Source: an uncultured Actinomycetota bacterium (GTDB taxonomy: Bacteria; Actinomycetota; Actinomycetes; Actinomycetales; Dermatophilaceae). Taken from it: DNA of 64,000 bases. The first letter of the stretch is position 1. Each line of letters begins with the position of its first letter. This document shows, one piece after another, positions 29,600 through 39,764 of this stretch. Below the pieces are notes generated by a model, which had not been told where the DNA came from, made no database searches, and saw only the letters and a list, made by a program, of their open reading frames with translations. A program made the translations under genes and the position numbers. The stretch is taken from contig CAWBEH010000008.1 of assembly GCA_963787725.1 (NCBI GenBank), forward strand, positions 64,806-128,805, in the 5' to 3' direction.

Positions 29600-31489
29600 A
29601 TGGCGTCCCGCACCACCGACAACCCCTCGGAGCCCGGCTCAGAGACCGCGGCCCTGCGGCTACTGCGGCTGCTGGCCAACAACGGCACGGTCGCCGACAT
29701 CACCGAGCTCGACGCCCCCGAGACCGAGCGGGACCTCGCGCTCCGGGTCCGCGAGGACTTCGACCGGCGCCGCCGCCGCGAGGTCGAGCTCTCGGCTCTC
29801 GTCGAGACCGCGCGAGACCTCGCCTCGCTGAGTGACCCCAACGGCGTCCTCGACGCCATCGTCCGCCGCGCGCGGGCGCTCCTCGGCACCGACCTGGCCT
29901 ACCTCACCCTCTTCGACCCCGAGCGGGGCGACACCTTCATGCGGGCCACGGACGGGTCCATCTCCGCCGAGTTCCAGTCGGTGCGGCTGAGCCTCGGTGA
30001 CGGGCTCGGCGGACTCGCCGCCAAGACCCGCAAGGCGTACTGGACCGCCGACTACTTCGCCGACCACCGGTTCCAGCACACCGGGGTCATCGACCACGCC
30101 GTCGCCGACGAGGGCATCGTCGCGATCTGCGGTACGCCGCTCATCGCCGTAGACGACTTCGTCGGCGTCCTCTTCGCGGCGAACCGGTCACCCCGCCCGT
30201 TCACCCACGACGAGGTGGCCCTGCTCAGCTCGCTGGCGACCCTGGCCGCGGTCTCCCTGGTCCAGGTCCGCGCCCTCGCCGAGACCGAGCAGGCCCTGGC
30301 CGCGCTCTCGGAGGCCCACGAGACGGTGCGCCGCCACACCGCCGGCGTCGAGCGGGCCGCGGCCGCACACGACCGGTTCGCCGACCTCGTCCTCGGCGGT
30401 GGCGGCGCCGACGACATCACCAAGGCGTTGGTCGACCTGCTGGGCGGCTGGGCCGTCGTCCTCGACGACGCCGGGGTCCGGCGCAGCGAGGCCGGCGACG
30501 CCCCCGACGGTGCCGCGGACCCCGGCGACCGCGACCCGCTGGCCGACGGTCCGCCCGGCGCGACGGCGATCGGGTCCGGGCGGATGTCGCAGCACGGCGA
30601 CCGGTATGCGGTCGGCATCGCCGCGGGACATGAGCCCCTCGGTCTCCTGGTCCTCGGCGGTCTCGAGTTGCCGCCGGACGACGCCGACCGTCGCACCGTC
30701 GAGCGGGCGGCCATGGTCACCGCCCTCGTCATGCTGTTCGAGCGGCAGACCACCGAGGCCCAGCAGCAGATGCGGACCGACCTCGTCGCCGACCTCGCCG
30801 CCGGTCGCGGCGACCGCGCCGAGCTGATGACGGCCGCTCGTGCGTACGGGCTGGACCCGACCCGACCCTTCTGTCTGCTGGCGCTCGTCGGCGACGACAG
30901 CGCCCGCCGCCGGGCGCTGGTGCTCTCCACCCACGCCGCTGTCGGCTCTCGCGGCATCGTCGGCCAGCACGACGGCGTGGTCGTCGCCCTCGTCACCGAC
31001 ACGAACCCGGGCGCGCTGGCGACATCGGTGTCGGCGCGACTCGGGCGCGCCGGGGGCACCACGGTGGCCGGCGTCGGCCCACTGGAGGACGTCGCCGAGG
31101 TACCCGCCGCGTTCACGGAGGCGGTGCGCACGGTACGGGCGATGATCGCGCTGGGTCACTCCGGAACCGGCGCCGCGGCCGCCGACCTGGGCTTCGCGGG
31201 CCTGGTCGTGGGGTCGGAGCCCGACGTCGGCGCGTACGTCCAGCACACGCTCGGCCCGCTGTCCGCCTACGACGAGGCCCGCGGTACCGACCTGGTCGGC
31301 ACGGTGGAGTCCTACTTCGCCGCCGGTGGAAGCCCCCGGCACACCGCCACGCTTCTCCACGTCCACGTCAACACGGTGGCGCAGCGCCTGGAACGCGTCG
31401 GCAACCTGCTGGGGCCGAACTGGCAGCAGCCGGACCGCTCGCTGGAGATCCAGCTCGCGCTGCGGCTCCGCCGCCTCATGCCTCGCTGA
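29600..31489 (+). CDS. GAF-domain CdaR/PucR family transcriptional regulator
   Basis: GAF (GDGLGG...DEGIVAICGTPL) and C-terminal HTH TATLLHVHVNTVAQRLERV. Confidence 0.88.
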   Translation: MASRTTDNPSEPGSETAALRLLRLLANNGTVADITELDAPETERDLALRVREDFDRRRRREVELSALVETARDLASLSDPNGVLDAIVRRARALLGTDLAYLTLFDPERGDTFMRATDGSISAEFQSVRLSLGDGLGGLAAKTRKAYWTADYFADHRFQHTGVIDHAVADEGIVAICGTPLIAVDDFVGVLFAANRSPRPFTHDEVALLSSLATLAAVSLVQVRALAETEQALAALSEAHETVRRHTAGVERAAAAHDRFADLVLGGGGADDITKALVDLLGGWAVVLDDAGVRRSEAGDAPDGAADPGDRDPLADGPPGATAIGSGRMSQHGDRYAVGIAAGHEPLGLLVLGGLELPPDDADRRTVERAAMVTALVMLFERQTTEAQQQMRTDLVADLAAGRGDRAELMTAARAYGLDPTRPFCLLALVGDDSARRRALVLSTHAAVGSRGIVGQHDGVVVALVTDTNPGALATSVSARLGRAGGTTVAGVGPLEDVAEVPAAFTEAVRTVRAMIALGHSGTGAAAADLGFAGLVVGSEPDVGAYVQHTLGPLSAYDEARGTDLVGTVESYFAAGGSPRHTATLLHVHVNTVAQRLERVGNLLGPNWQQPDRSLEIQLALRLRRLMPR

Positions 31490-32447
31490 CGCCCCCGGAG
31501 ACATCGAGCCGGCGCTCGATGGCGTCGACGACCGCCGCGGTCCCGGCCGGCGCGAACACCGCCGTGTAGTGGTTGACGTCCTCGATGGGGGTGATCCGAA
31601 TGTCCGCCGGCAGGCTGAGCGCGGCGATCCGGCCCTCGTCGTAGAGACCCTGGGCCTCGTTCTGCAGCCCGCGCGCCGCCCAGAGGAACTCGGTCGCGAC
31701 GCCGGCGGCCACGGCCTTCGACGCCCCGGCGTGGGTCTCGGGGTGCGCGAGGACGTCGGCACCGTCCGCCCGGATCGCGTCGAGGACGCACGAGCTGACC
31801 CAGTCGCCCTCGTCGGTCTGGATGAGGTCGTGCAGCACGTACTGACGCACCTCGGGGCTCTGTGGCCCGCTGAGCGCCGGACCGAGCGCCGGGTGCGCGC
31901 GCCAGAAGTCGAGGTAGGCGTCGGGGCTGGCGAACCGCATGCTCAGACGGGTCATCGCGGGCCCGATGACCGCCGTGAGGGCGGCGTCGATGTCGAACTC
32001 GGCCGGTGGCGGGAAGGCGAACCCGCCGTCGACGAGGACGGAGCCGGCCACCCGCTCCGGCGCGCGCGAGCTGGCCAGGGCCGTGACGAACGCCCCCATC
32101 GAGTGACCGACCAGGACCGGCCGGGTCCCGAACACGTCGGCGATGGCGAGGACGTCGTCGGCGTGGCTCGTCAGGCCGTACGGGCCTGGGGCATACCGGC
32201 TGCACGCCCGCCCGCGCAGGTCGGGAGCGAGGAACCGGACGCTCCCGGGCCCCCGGCGCCGGAACAGCTCCTCGGCGACACAGAGCCAGCTCAGCCCGTT
32301 CGCGGTGATCCCGTGGACCGCGAGGACGACCGGAGCCTGGGGGTCGGGGTCCCCGACACTGAGGTCGTGGATGTCGAGGCTCCCCTCGGGCAGCTCGATG
32401 CGGAACCCACGGAACTGCATACCGTTCTCGGCCGACGAGGCGCTCAC
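31476..32447 (-). CDS. alpha/beta hydrolase (esterase-like)
   Basis: VHGITAN, PDLRGR, GHSMG, VNHY; GTG coupled to the permease stop. Confidence 0.85.
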   Translation of the reverse strand: MSASSAENGMQFRGFRIELPEGSLDIHDLSVGDPDPQAPVVLAVHGITANGLSWLCVAEELFRRRGPGSVRFLAPDLRGRACSRYAPGPYGLTSHADDVLAIADVFGTRPVLVGHSMGAFVTALASSRAPERVAGSVLVDGGFAFPPPAEFDIDAALTAVIGPAMTRLSMRFASPDAYLDFWRAHPALGPALSGPQSPEVRQYVLHDLIQTDEGDWVSSCVLDAIRADGADVLAHPETHAGASKAVAAGVATEFLWAARGLQNEAQGLYDEGRIAALSLPADIRITPIEDVNHYTAVFAPAGTAAVVDAIERRLDVSGGVSEA

Positions 32448-33481
32448 GGTGTCTCCTTCCTCCGGATGAACGGCCGCCGCCGGGACGCCAGGCCGGTGAG
32501 CCCGGCCGGCGCGAAGTAGACGACGAGGATGAACAGCAACCCCAGGATGAACAGCGGCTGGGACAGCACAGCACGGAGCCCGTCCGGAAGTCCGGCGAAC
32601 GCCGAGGTGGCGGACAGCTCGACCAGTCGCGCGTCCGCATACGTGTAGAGGAACCCGCCCAGCACCGCGCCCCACCGTGAGCCTGCGCCGCCCAGGACGA
32701 CCATCACCAGCAGCGAGAGGGTGAACTCGGGCGTCGTGATGTGCGGGTTGGAGCCGCCGAGGACGACCGCGTGGACGACGCCGCCGAGCCCGCCGATGAA
32801 CGCGCCGACCACGACGGCCAGCAGCTTCGTGCGGTACGTGTCGATGCCGAGCACGGCGGCGCGTGGCTCGTTCTCGCGGACGGCGGCCATGGCGTGGCCG
32901 GCCCGGGAGCGGATCAGCCACGTCACGGCACACCAGGCGACGACGAGGAACCCGAGCGCGAGCCAGTACCGGTATGGCGCGTTGGCCACGCCGACGAGCA
33001 GGTCGGGCACCCCGGACCGGGTCAGGGCCTTGCCCTCCTCGCCGCCGGTGGCGTCGCCGGGGTTCCGGAGCACGATGATCGAGGCGGCCTGGGCGAAGGC
33101 GAGCGTGACCATGGCGAAGGCGATTCCCCCGACACGCAACGAGATCGCTCCGACCACCAGGGCCAGCAAGGTCGTCCCCGCCAGAGCGAGCGGCGCCGCC
33201 AGCCAGAGTGGCAGCGACCACGACGCCATCGACATGGTGAGGAAGTAGCTGCCGGCCGCCACGAACAGCGCGTGCCCGAAGCTGAGCAGCCCCGTGCGGC
33301 CGAACAGCACGTCGTAGCTGAGCGCGATGCCGGCCATGGTCAGGCAGACCGCGAGCAGCTGCAGCGAACCGGGGCCGTTGACCCGGTCCGGCAGCAGACC
33401 GGGGACGGTCTGGGGCACGTAGGGCAGATATGCGAGGACCGCCAGGACGAGGACGGCCGGTAGCGCCTTGACGACCCTCAT
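32444..33481 (-). CDS. livM: branched-chain-type ABC permease (LivM-like)
   Basis: GRTGLLSFGHA, TGGEEG, AVRENE, MVVLGGAGSRWGA. Confidence 0.88.
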   Translation of the reverse strand: MRVVKALPAVLVLAVLAYLPYVPQTVPGLLPDRVNGPGSLQLLAVCLTMAGIALSYDVLFGRTGLLSFGHALFVAAGSYFLTMSMASWSLPLWLAAPLALAGTTLLALVVGAISLRVGGIAFAMVTLAFAQAASIIVLRNPGDATGGEEGKALTRSGVPDLLVGVANAPYRYWLALGFLVVAWCAVTWLIRSRAGHAMAAVRENEPRAAVLGIDTYRTKLLAVVVGAFIGGLGGVVHAVVLGGSNPHITTPEFTLSLLVMVVLGGAGSRWGAVLGGFLYTYADARLVELSATSAFAGLPDGLRAVLSQPLFILGLLFILVVYFAPAGLTGLASRRRPFIRRKETP

Positions 33482-34362
33482 GCCCGACCCGCCTCGATCG
33501 ACGGCCGCCGCACGAGCAGCACGACGGCGAGCAGCAGGACCACCGACAGGTCGCCGACGCCGCTGGCCGCGTAGTAGTTCGCCAGCTGCTGAACCAGCCC
33601 CACGACGACCGCGGCGACTGCCGTGCCGACGAACGACCCCATCCCGCCGATGACGACGACGATGAACGCGAAGATCAGCAGCGCCGCGCCCTGGGCCGGG
33701 GAGACGCTCCCCGCGTAGGTGGCGTAGAGGATCCCGGCCAGACCGGCGGCCGCGCCACCCATCGCGAAGACCACGGTGAACGTGCTCTGCACATCGATCC
33801 CGAGGGCTTCGACCATGGTCCGGTTCTCGACGCCGGCCCGGATCACGAGCCCCAGGCGGGTGAACCGCAGCAGGGCGAGCAGTCCGAGAAACACGACGAC
33901 GGCCACCCCGATGTAGAGGAACCGGTCGTTCGGCAACGCGGCGCCCGCGACCTCGGTCGTCCCGGCCAGCCAGTCGGGTTTCTCGAGCGGATGCGGGTCC
34001 GACCCCCAGATGCCTTGCACCGCAGCGGTTCCGGCGAGGGCCAGGCCGACCGTGACGAGGACCTGCTGGATGTGTCGTCGGTAGAGCGGTCGGATGAGAA
34101 CCACCTCGACCACCAGCCCGACCAGAGCCCCGACGGCGGTGGCGACGAGCACCGCGACGAGCAGCTTGAGGCCCACGGGCACCGACGGCGGGAGGGCGCC
34201 CATGGTGAGCCAGCCCGCATACCCGCCGGCCAGCATGAACACCCCGTGCGCGAAGTTGAGCACGCCCATGAGGCCGTAGATGAGGCTCAGCCCGGAGGCG
34301 GCCAGGAAGTACAGCGCGCCCAGTCCGAGACCGGTCACGACGAGGAGGACGGCGGTGCTCAT
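33478..34362 (-). CDS. livH: branched-chain-type ABC permease (LivH-like)
   Basis: GLSLIYGLMGVLNFAHG, TRLGLVIRA, FIVVVIGGMGS. Confidence 0.88.
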   Translation of the reverse strand: MSTAVLLVVTGLGLGALYFLAASGLSLIYGLMGVLNFAHGVFMLAGGYAGWLTMGALPPSVPVGLKLLVAVLVATAVGALVGLVVEVVLIRPLYRRHIQQVLVTVGLALAGTAAVQGIWGSDPHPLEKPDWLAGTTEVAGAALPNDRFLYIGVAVVVFLGLLALLRFTRLGLVIRAGVENRTMVEALGIDVQSTFTVVFAMGGAAAGLAGILYATYAGSVSPAQGAALLIFAFIVVVIGGMGSFVGTAVAAVVVGLVQQLANYYAASGVGDLSVVLLLAVVLLVRRPSIEAGRA

Positions 34363-35084
34363 GCCGACTCCCCCTTCGACCGACGCATTGACACCCCGAG
34401 CAGCTCCCGGGTGAGGTCGGCGTCGGCGAGCAGCGCGGCGGCGTCGCCTTGGTGGACGACGTGGCCCGCGTCGAGGACGACGACGGTGTCCGCGATGCGC
34501 CGGACCAGCGGGAGGTTCTGCTCGACGAGGAGGATCGGCGTGGTCTCGGCGACCCGCGCGAGGACGTCGGCGACCTCGGTCACGAGCTTGGGGGCGAGCC
34601 CCTTGGTGGGCTCGTCGACGAGGAGGAGGACGTTGTCCCGCAACAGGACTCGCGCCAGGGCGACCATCTGTTGCTGCCCACCCGAGAGGGTGCCGGCCCG
34701 CTGCTTCCGTCGAGTGACGAGGTCCGGGAACAGCTCGCCGACCACCGGCGCACCCGCCCCGACGTCGCGACCGACGAGTCGGAGGTTCTCGTCTACTGTC
34801 AGGCCACCGAACACGTCCCGGTCCTCGGGGACGTAGCCGATCCCGCCGCGGACCAGTTGGAACGTCTTGCCTCGCTCGATGTCGTTCCCCTGCAGCACGA
34901 TCCGGCCGCGCCTCGGAGCGAGGCCGAGGATCGCCTTGAGTGTCGTGGTCTTGCCGACGCCGTTGCGTCCGAGCAGAGCGGTGACGCCACGCGCGGGCAC
35001 CTCGAAGGTGACCCCTTGGAGGATGTGGGACCCGCCGTAGTGGACGTGGAGGTCCCCCACCGTGAGCACCGGCGCGGTGGTCAC
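34359..35084 (-). CDS. livF: ABC ATPase (LivF-like)
   Basis: GRNGVGKTT, LSGGQQQM, LLVDEP, LLVEQN. Confidence 0.9.
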   Translation of the reverse strand: MTTAPVLTVGDLHVHYGGSHILQGVTFEVPARGVTALLGRNGVGKTTTLKAILGLAPRRGRIVLQGNDIERGKTFQLVRGGIGYVPEDRDVFGGLTVDENLRLVGRDVGAGAPVVGELFPDLVTRRKQRAGTLSGGQQQMVALARVLLRDNVLLLVDEPTKGLAPKLVTEVADVLARVAETTPILLVEQNLPLVRRIADTVVVLDAGHVVHQGDAAALLADADLTRELLGVSMRRSKGESA

Positions 35085-35839
35085 AGACCCTCGCCCAGGT
35101 AGGCCTGCTGCACGCGCTCGTCGCTGGTGACGTCGTTCGCCGTGCCGATCGCGAGGAGCTGGCCGTGGTGCAGCACCGCGACGCGGTCGGCGAGTCCGAG
35201 GACGACGTCCATGTGGTGCTCGACCATGGCGACCGCGACTCCCCCGTCGCGGACCTCACCGATGATCGTGCCGAGTCCCTCGACGTCCTCGGCGGAGACG
35301 CCGGCCATCGGCTCGTCGAGGAGCAGGACCTTCGGCTCCGACGCGAGCGCCATGGCCAGCTCCAGCTTGCGACGGTCGCCGTGCGAGAGCCCCGCCGCCG
35401 GCACGGAGTCCTTGCCGGGCATACGAACTCGTCCGAGCAGCCCCTCGACGATGGCTGCGTCCCCGGACCGACGGACGAACCGCCAGGGGCTCGACGGCCC
35501 GCCACGCGAGGCCTGCAGCGCGAGCCGGACGTTCTCCGACGCCGGCAGCCCGTCGAAGAGGGCCGACGTCTGGAACGACCGGGCCAGCCCCAGGCGGGCC
35601 CTCCGCGTGGCCGACCGCCGCGTCACGTCCTGGCCGCCGAGGCTGACCCGACCCGTCGTCGGGCGGAGCACCCCCGAGAGGATGTTCAGCAGTGACGACT
35701 TGCCCGCACCGTTCGGGCCGATGATCCCGACCAGCTCGCCGGAGCGCACCTCCAGGCTGACGTCGTCGAGGATCTGGGCGCCTCCGACGCGCCACCCGAT
35801 CCCCTCCGCGGCAACTGCCGGTTCGACCGGACCGCTCAC
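35081..35839 (-). CDS. livG: ABC ATPase (LivG-like)
   Basis: GPNGAGKSS, LSHGDRR, LLLDEP, VEHHMD. Confidence 0.9.
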   Translation of the reverse strand: MSGPVEPAVAAEGIGWRVGGAQILDDVSLEVRSGELVGIIGPNGAGKSSLLNILSGVLRPTTGRVSLGGQDVTRRSATRRARLGLARSFQTSALFDGLPASENVRLALQASRGGPSSPWRFVRRSGDAAIVEGLLGRVRMPGKDSVPAAGLSHGDRRKLELAMALASEPKVLLLDEPMAGVSAEDVEGLGTIIGEVRDGGVAVAMVEHHMDVVLGLADRVAVLHHGQLLAIGTANDVTSDERVQQAYLGEGL

Positions 35840-37083
35840 TTCATCTGGACGGCGGGCGGCGCCACGTCGGCCGGGGCCAGGGTCGCGACGAGCTGCGGGA
35901 CGAACCCCGAACCCTCCTTGACCAGCTTGGCGGTGAACATCGGCTGGAGCAGGGCGTGGTCCGAGGCCCGGATCTCCATGGCGCCCTTGGGTCCTGCGAA
36001 CGTCCAGCCCTCCAGGGCCGTGACCATCTTCTCGACGTCGTCTCCGCCTTCGCTGAGCGCCCGAACCACCATCTGCGCCGCGACGAAGCCGTCGTCGGTG
36101 AAGAGGTCGACCTCCTGACCGGCCTTCTTCAGACCGGCGGCCAGGGCCTGGTACTCGGGGTTGTCGGCGGCACCGGCGAAGAAGTGCGAGAGGAACGAGA
36201 TCTTGTCGCCGGCCTCGCCGAAGAGCGCGTGAGTGGGCTTGATGTCGAGGCCGGTGACGACCTTCGTCGTCGTGAACACGCCCTGCTGCGCGAGGGTCGT
36301 CCACATCTGGGTGGCGTTCGTACCGGCCCACGCGACGAACAGCAGGTCCGGCGCCTGGCCCTTGACCTGGGTGGCGAACGGGGTGAAGTCGGTGGCCGCC
36401 GACGGCACCAGGACCGAGCTGACCGCCGCCCCCTTCGCGCCGAGGACCGCCTTGACGCCGGCCTCGTTGGCCTTGCCGAAGGCGCTGTCCTGCGCGAAGA
36501 CGGTGACCTTCTTGCCGGTGAGGTCCCCGACCATGGTCCCCGCCGTCGCGATGTCCTGGTACGTCTGACGGCCGGAGCGGAAGGTGTACTTGTTCGCCCC
36601 GGTCACGGCGTCGGTCGCGGCCGGCCCGGAGATGAAGAGGACCTTGTTGTCCTTGGCCAGGGGCGCGACCTGGAGGGCGACGCCGGACGCGGTCGAGCCG
36701 GCGATGATCTTCGCGCCGGCGCCGATCGCCGTGGTCGCGGCCGTGACCGCCTTGGCGGGGTCGCCGGCGTCGTCGGCCTCGGTCACCTCGATGGGGTGGC
36801 CGTTGACGGCGTTCGTGCCCTTGGTCGCGTAGTCGAGCCCGACCTTGAACGACGCCTGGTACTGCGCTCCGTAGGCGGCGAGTGCGCCGGTCTTGCTGTA
36901 GACCAGGCCGACCTTGTAGGGCGGGCCACCCGCCGTCGCCGAGCCGCCACCCTCGGTGGCGGCCCCACCGGGGCTGCTCGCGCCGGGCGTCCCGCACGCC
37001 GCCAGCGCAGCCGCTGTGGTCACCGCCACGAACCCGTACGCCAGCCGGGCGCTCCACCGCTTCGACATCCGTCGCTCCGACAT
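35836..37083 (-). CDS. ABC substrate-binding lipoprotein (PBP1/LivK-like)
   Basis: ALAACG lipobox, KVGLVYSKTG, DDAGDP, YTFRSGRQTYQD. Confidence 0.88.
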   Translation of the reverse strand: MSERRMSKRWSARLAYGFVAVTTAAALAACGTPGASSPGGAATEGGGSATAGGPPYKVGLVYSKTGALAAYGAQYQASFKVGLDYATKGTNAVNGHPIEVTEADDAGDPAKAVTAATTAIGAGAKIIAGSTASGVALQVAPLAKDNKVLFISGPAATDAVTGANKYTFRSGRQTYQDIATAGTMVGDLTGKKVTVFAQDSAFGKANEAGVKAVLGAKGAAVSSVLVPSAATDFTPFATQVKGQAPDLLFVAWAGTNATQMWTTLAQQGVFTTTKVVTGLDIKPTHALFGEAGDKISFLSHFFAGAADNPEYQALAAGLKKAGQEVDLFTDDGFVAAQMVVRALSEGGDDVEKMVTALEGWTFAGPKGAMEIRASDHALLQPMFTAKLVKEGSGFVPQLVATLAPADVAPPAVQMK

Positions 37084-37158
37084 CGTCGTCCTTCCGCTTC
37101 CGGCGGGCGGGGCACGCGCCTCTCGCGTGCCCAGGGGCGCCCTCACCCGGCTGGCCCG

Positions 37159-37196
37159 AAGGTATGCGCGCCACCGACGCCGGTTCATGGCGTGGC
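37159..37196 (-). promoter_or_regulatory. GCCACGCCATGA motif 20 nt upstream of -10 TACCTT of the ABC operon
   Basis: 11/12 identity and identical spacing to the bdh promoter motif. Confidence 0.55.
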
Positions 37197-37292
37197 GGGA
37201 CACAATGCGCCGCGTCCGATGTGGGCCGACCCCAGACGACGCGGATGCCCAGGCCCGCCGCGGAGCCCACTCGCCGCCCCCCGGCCCGCCCG

Positions 37293-37349
37293 CGAGAGGC
37301 CAACTTCTGTCGTCATTCAGCAGTCTTGACAGCAGAAGTTGGCCTCTCG
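37293..37349. repeat. REP-like intergenic palindrome, copy 3
   Basis: Arms CGAGAGGCCAACTTCTG / CAGAAGTTGGCCTCTCG. Confidence 0.85.
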
Positions 37350-37394
37350 GCCTGTGGGGCGGGGTCCGCGGGCGGTTCTGGTCAGCGCGACGAG

Positions 37395-39266
37395 TCAGGT
37401 CAGGGCGGCGTGGAGCTGGTCGGCGACCGCGTCGGGCGTGAGCCCGATCTCCTCGAGCAGCTCGCCGCGCGAAGCGTGCGAGAGGAACCGCTTCGGAATG
37501 CCGTGGAGGTGGACCGGGACGGACAGCCCCGCCTCGCGCAGCGCCGCCGAGACCTGGGATCCCACTCCACCGACGACCAGGTTGTCCTCGAGCACCGCGA
37601 CGGCGCCGGCGGTCCGGGCCATCCCGACGAGGTCGTCCGACACCGGCAGGCACCAGCGCGGGTCGACGACCCGGACCGTGTGGCCCTGCGCGCTGAGCTT
37701 CTCGGACACCGCCATGGCCGTGGTCGCCATCTCGCCGAGGCCGACGAGGAGCAGCTCGACCGCGTGGTCGCTCGACGGCTCGGCCAGGACGTCGACGAGC
37801 CCGACGGACCGGACCGCCGGCAGCGCTCCCGGCGGGTTCTGCTTGGAGAACCGGATGACCGTGGGCCCGTCCGTGACGTCGACCGCCTCGCGCAGGGCTC
37901 GACCGAGCTCCTCCGCGTCCCGCGGGGCGCAGAGGCGCAGTCCCGGAATGAGGCCGGTCACCGACATGTCCCACATGCCGTTGTGCGACGCCCCGTCGGT
38001 ACCCGTGATCCCCGCCCGGTCCAGGATGAACGTCACCCCGGCACGGTGGAGCGCGCAGTCCATGAGCAGCTGGTCGAACGCGCGGTTGAGGAACGTCGCA
38101 TACACGCAGACGACCGGGTGCAGCCCGCCGAAGGCGAGGCCGGACGCCATGGTGACCGCGTGCTGCTCGGCGATCCCGACGTCGAAGACCCGGTCGGGGT
38201 GCCGCTCCGCGAACTCCTTGAGACCGGTGGGGATCAGCATCGCCGCGGTGATCGCCACGACGTCGTCCCGTTCCCGCGCCACCCCGAGCAGGGCGTCGCT
38301 GAACTCGTCGGTCCAGATCCGTCCTTTCACCTGCAGCGGCAGCCCGGTCTCCGGGTTGATCCGGTCGACGGCGTGGAACCGGTCGGCGTCGTCGTTGCTC
38401 GCGTGGTCGTAGCCCTTGCCCTTGGTCGTGAGCACGTGCACGATCACCGGTCCCCCGAACGACTTGGCCCGCCTCAGCGCAGCCTCGACCGCCGGCTCGT
38501 CGTGACCGTCGATGGGCCCGAGGTACTTCAGCCCGAGGTCCTCGAACATGCCCTGCGGCGCGACGAAGTCCTTGATGCCCTTCTTCACGCCGTGCAGCGC
38601 GCCGTAGACGACGCCGCCGACGACCGGGGTCCGGTTGAGCGTGTCCTTGCCCCAGCCCAGCACCGACTCGTACTTGCGGGTGGTCCGCAGGGTCGCGAGG
38701 TGATCCGCGAGACCACCGGTGGTCGGCGCATACGAGCGCTCGTTGTCGTTGACGACGATGACGAGCGGCAGGTCCTTGTCGACGGCGATGTTGTTGATCG
38801 CCTCCCACGCCATCCCGCCGGTCAGCGCCCCGTCACCGATGACCGCGACGGTATGCCGGTCGCGCCGGCCGGTGAGGCGCCGCGCCTTGGCGATGCCGTC
38901 GGCCCACGACAGGGCCGTGGAGGCGTGCGAGTTCTCGACGACGTCGTGCTCGGACTCGGCGCGGCTCGGGTACCCCGACAGACCGCCCTTCATCCGCAGC
39001 CGATCGAAGTCGTGCCGGCCGGTGAGGAGCTTGTGCACGTACGCCTGATGACCGGTGTCGAAGACGATGGTGTCCTGCGGTGAGTCGAACACGCGATGCA
39101 GGGCGATCGAGAGCTCGACGACGCCGAGGTTCGGACCCAGGTGCCCGCCGGTCCGCGATACCGAGGTGACGAGAAAGTCCCGGATCTCCTGCGCCAGCTG
39201 GTCCAGCTGAGAGGGGTCGAGCGCCTTGACGTCGTCGGGGCCGTCAATGGAGTCGAGCAGGGTCAC
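37395..39266 (-). CDS. dxs: 1-deoxy-D-xylulose-5-phosphate synthase
   Basis: [34 protein letters not shown]...[21 protein letters not shown]. Confidence 0.97.
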   Translation of the reverse strand: MTLLDSIDGPDDVKALDPSQLDQLAQEIRDFLVTSVSRTGGHLGPNLGVVELSIALHRVFDSPQDTIVFDTGHQAYVHKLLTGRHDFDRLRMKGGLSGYPSRAESEHDVVENSHASTALSWADGIAKARRLTGRRDRHTVAVIGDGALTGGMAWEAINNIAVDKDLPLVIVVNDNERSYAPTTGGLADHLATLRTTRKYESVLGWGKDTLNRTPVVGGVVYGALHGVKKGIKDFVAPQGMFEDLGLKYLGPIDGHDEPAVEAALRRAKSFGGPVIVHVLTTKGKGYDHASNDDADRFHAVDRINPETGLPLQVKGRIWTDEFSDALLGVARERDDVVAITAAMLIPTGLKEFAERHPDRVFDVGIAEQHAVTMASGLAFGGLHPVVCVYATFLNRAFDQLLMDCALHRAGVTFILDRAGITGTDGASHNGMWDMSVTGLIPGLRLCAPRDAEELGRALREAVDVTDGPTVIRFSKQNPPGALPAVRSVGLVDVLAEPSSDHAVELLLVGLGEMATTAMAVSEKLSAQGHTVRVVDPRWCLPVSDDLVGMARTAGAVAVLEDNLVVGGVGSQVSAALREAGLSVPVHLHGIPKRFLSHASRGELLEEIGLTPDAVADQLHAALT

Positions 39267-39384
39267 GTAGGTCCTCCGGGGGATGCGGGTCGAGCCCGTC
39301 CACTGTAGTTGAGAGATGCTGTGACCCCGCTGAGGTGACGTCACGCGTGCACCCGCACGCGTCGCCCCCTCGGGCGCACGGGTT

Positions 39385-39753
39385 TCACAGCCGGGGGATG
39401 AAGTGCTTGCCCTGCAACGCTTCCAGGAGCAGGGCGGCACTTCGTTTGGCGGCGACCAGCCGGAGGCCCTCAGCCTCGAGGTTGCCCATGATCTCGGCCA
39501 GGGCCTCGGTCGTGACGTGCGGACCCAGCTCGACCCGGGCCTCGCGGTACGCCTGACGCATCGCCGTGACCTGCCCGTCGATGTGCCGGTCGGCGAGCCA
39601 GGCCAGAGCCACCGGGTTCTTCCGCCAGCCCGCATACAGGCGATAGTCGGGCGGGCAGTTGTCGAGCAGCCACGCGACGGCCGGCTCCTCCCACCCGGGG
39701 GTGTGCGCGGGCGGGACACCCGGCGGCCAACCGGGTGGGACGTGCGCGGACAC
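39385..39753 (-). CDS. conserved hypothetical protein
   Basis: PPGWP...[18 protein letters not shown]...PVALAWLA; typical small actinobacterial protein upstream of dxs. Confidence 0.75.
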   Translation of the reverse strand: MSAHVPPGWPPGVPPAHTPGWEEPAVAWLLDNCPPDYRLYAGWRKNPVALAWLADRHIDGQVTAMRQAYREARVELGPHVTTEALAEIMGNLEAEGLRLVAAKRSAALLLEALQGKHFIPRL

Positions 39754-39764
39754 CCGCCCAGTCT

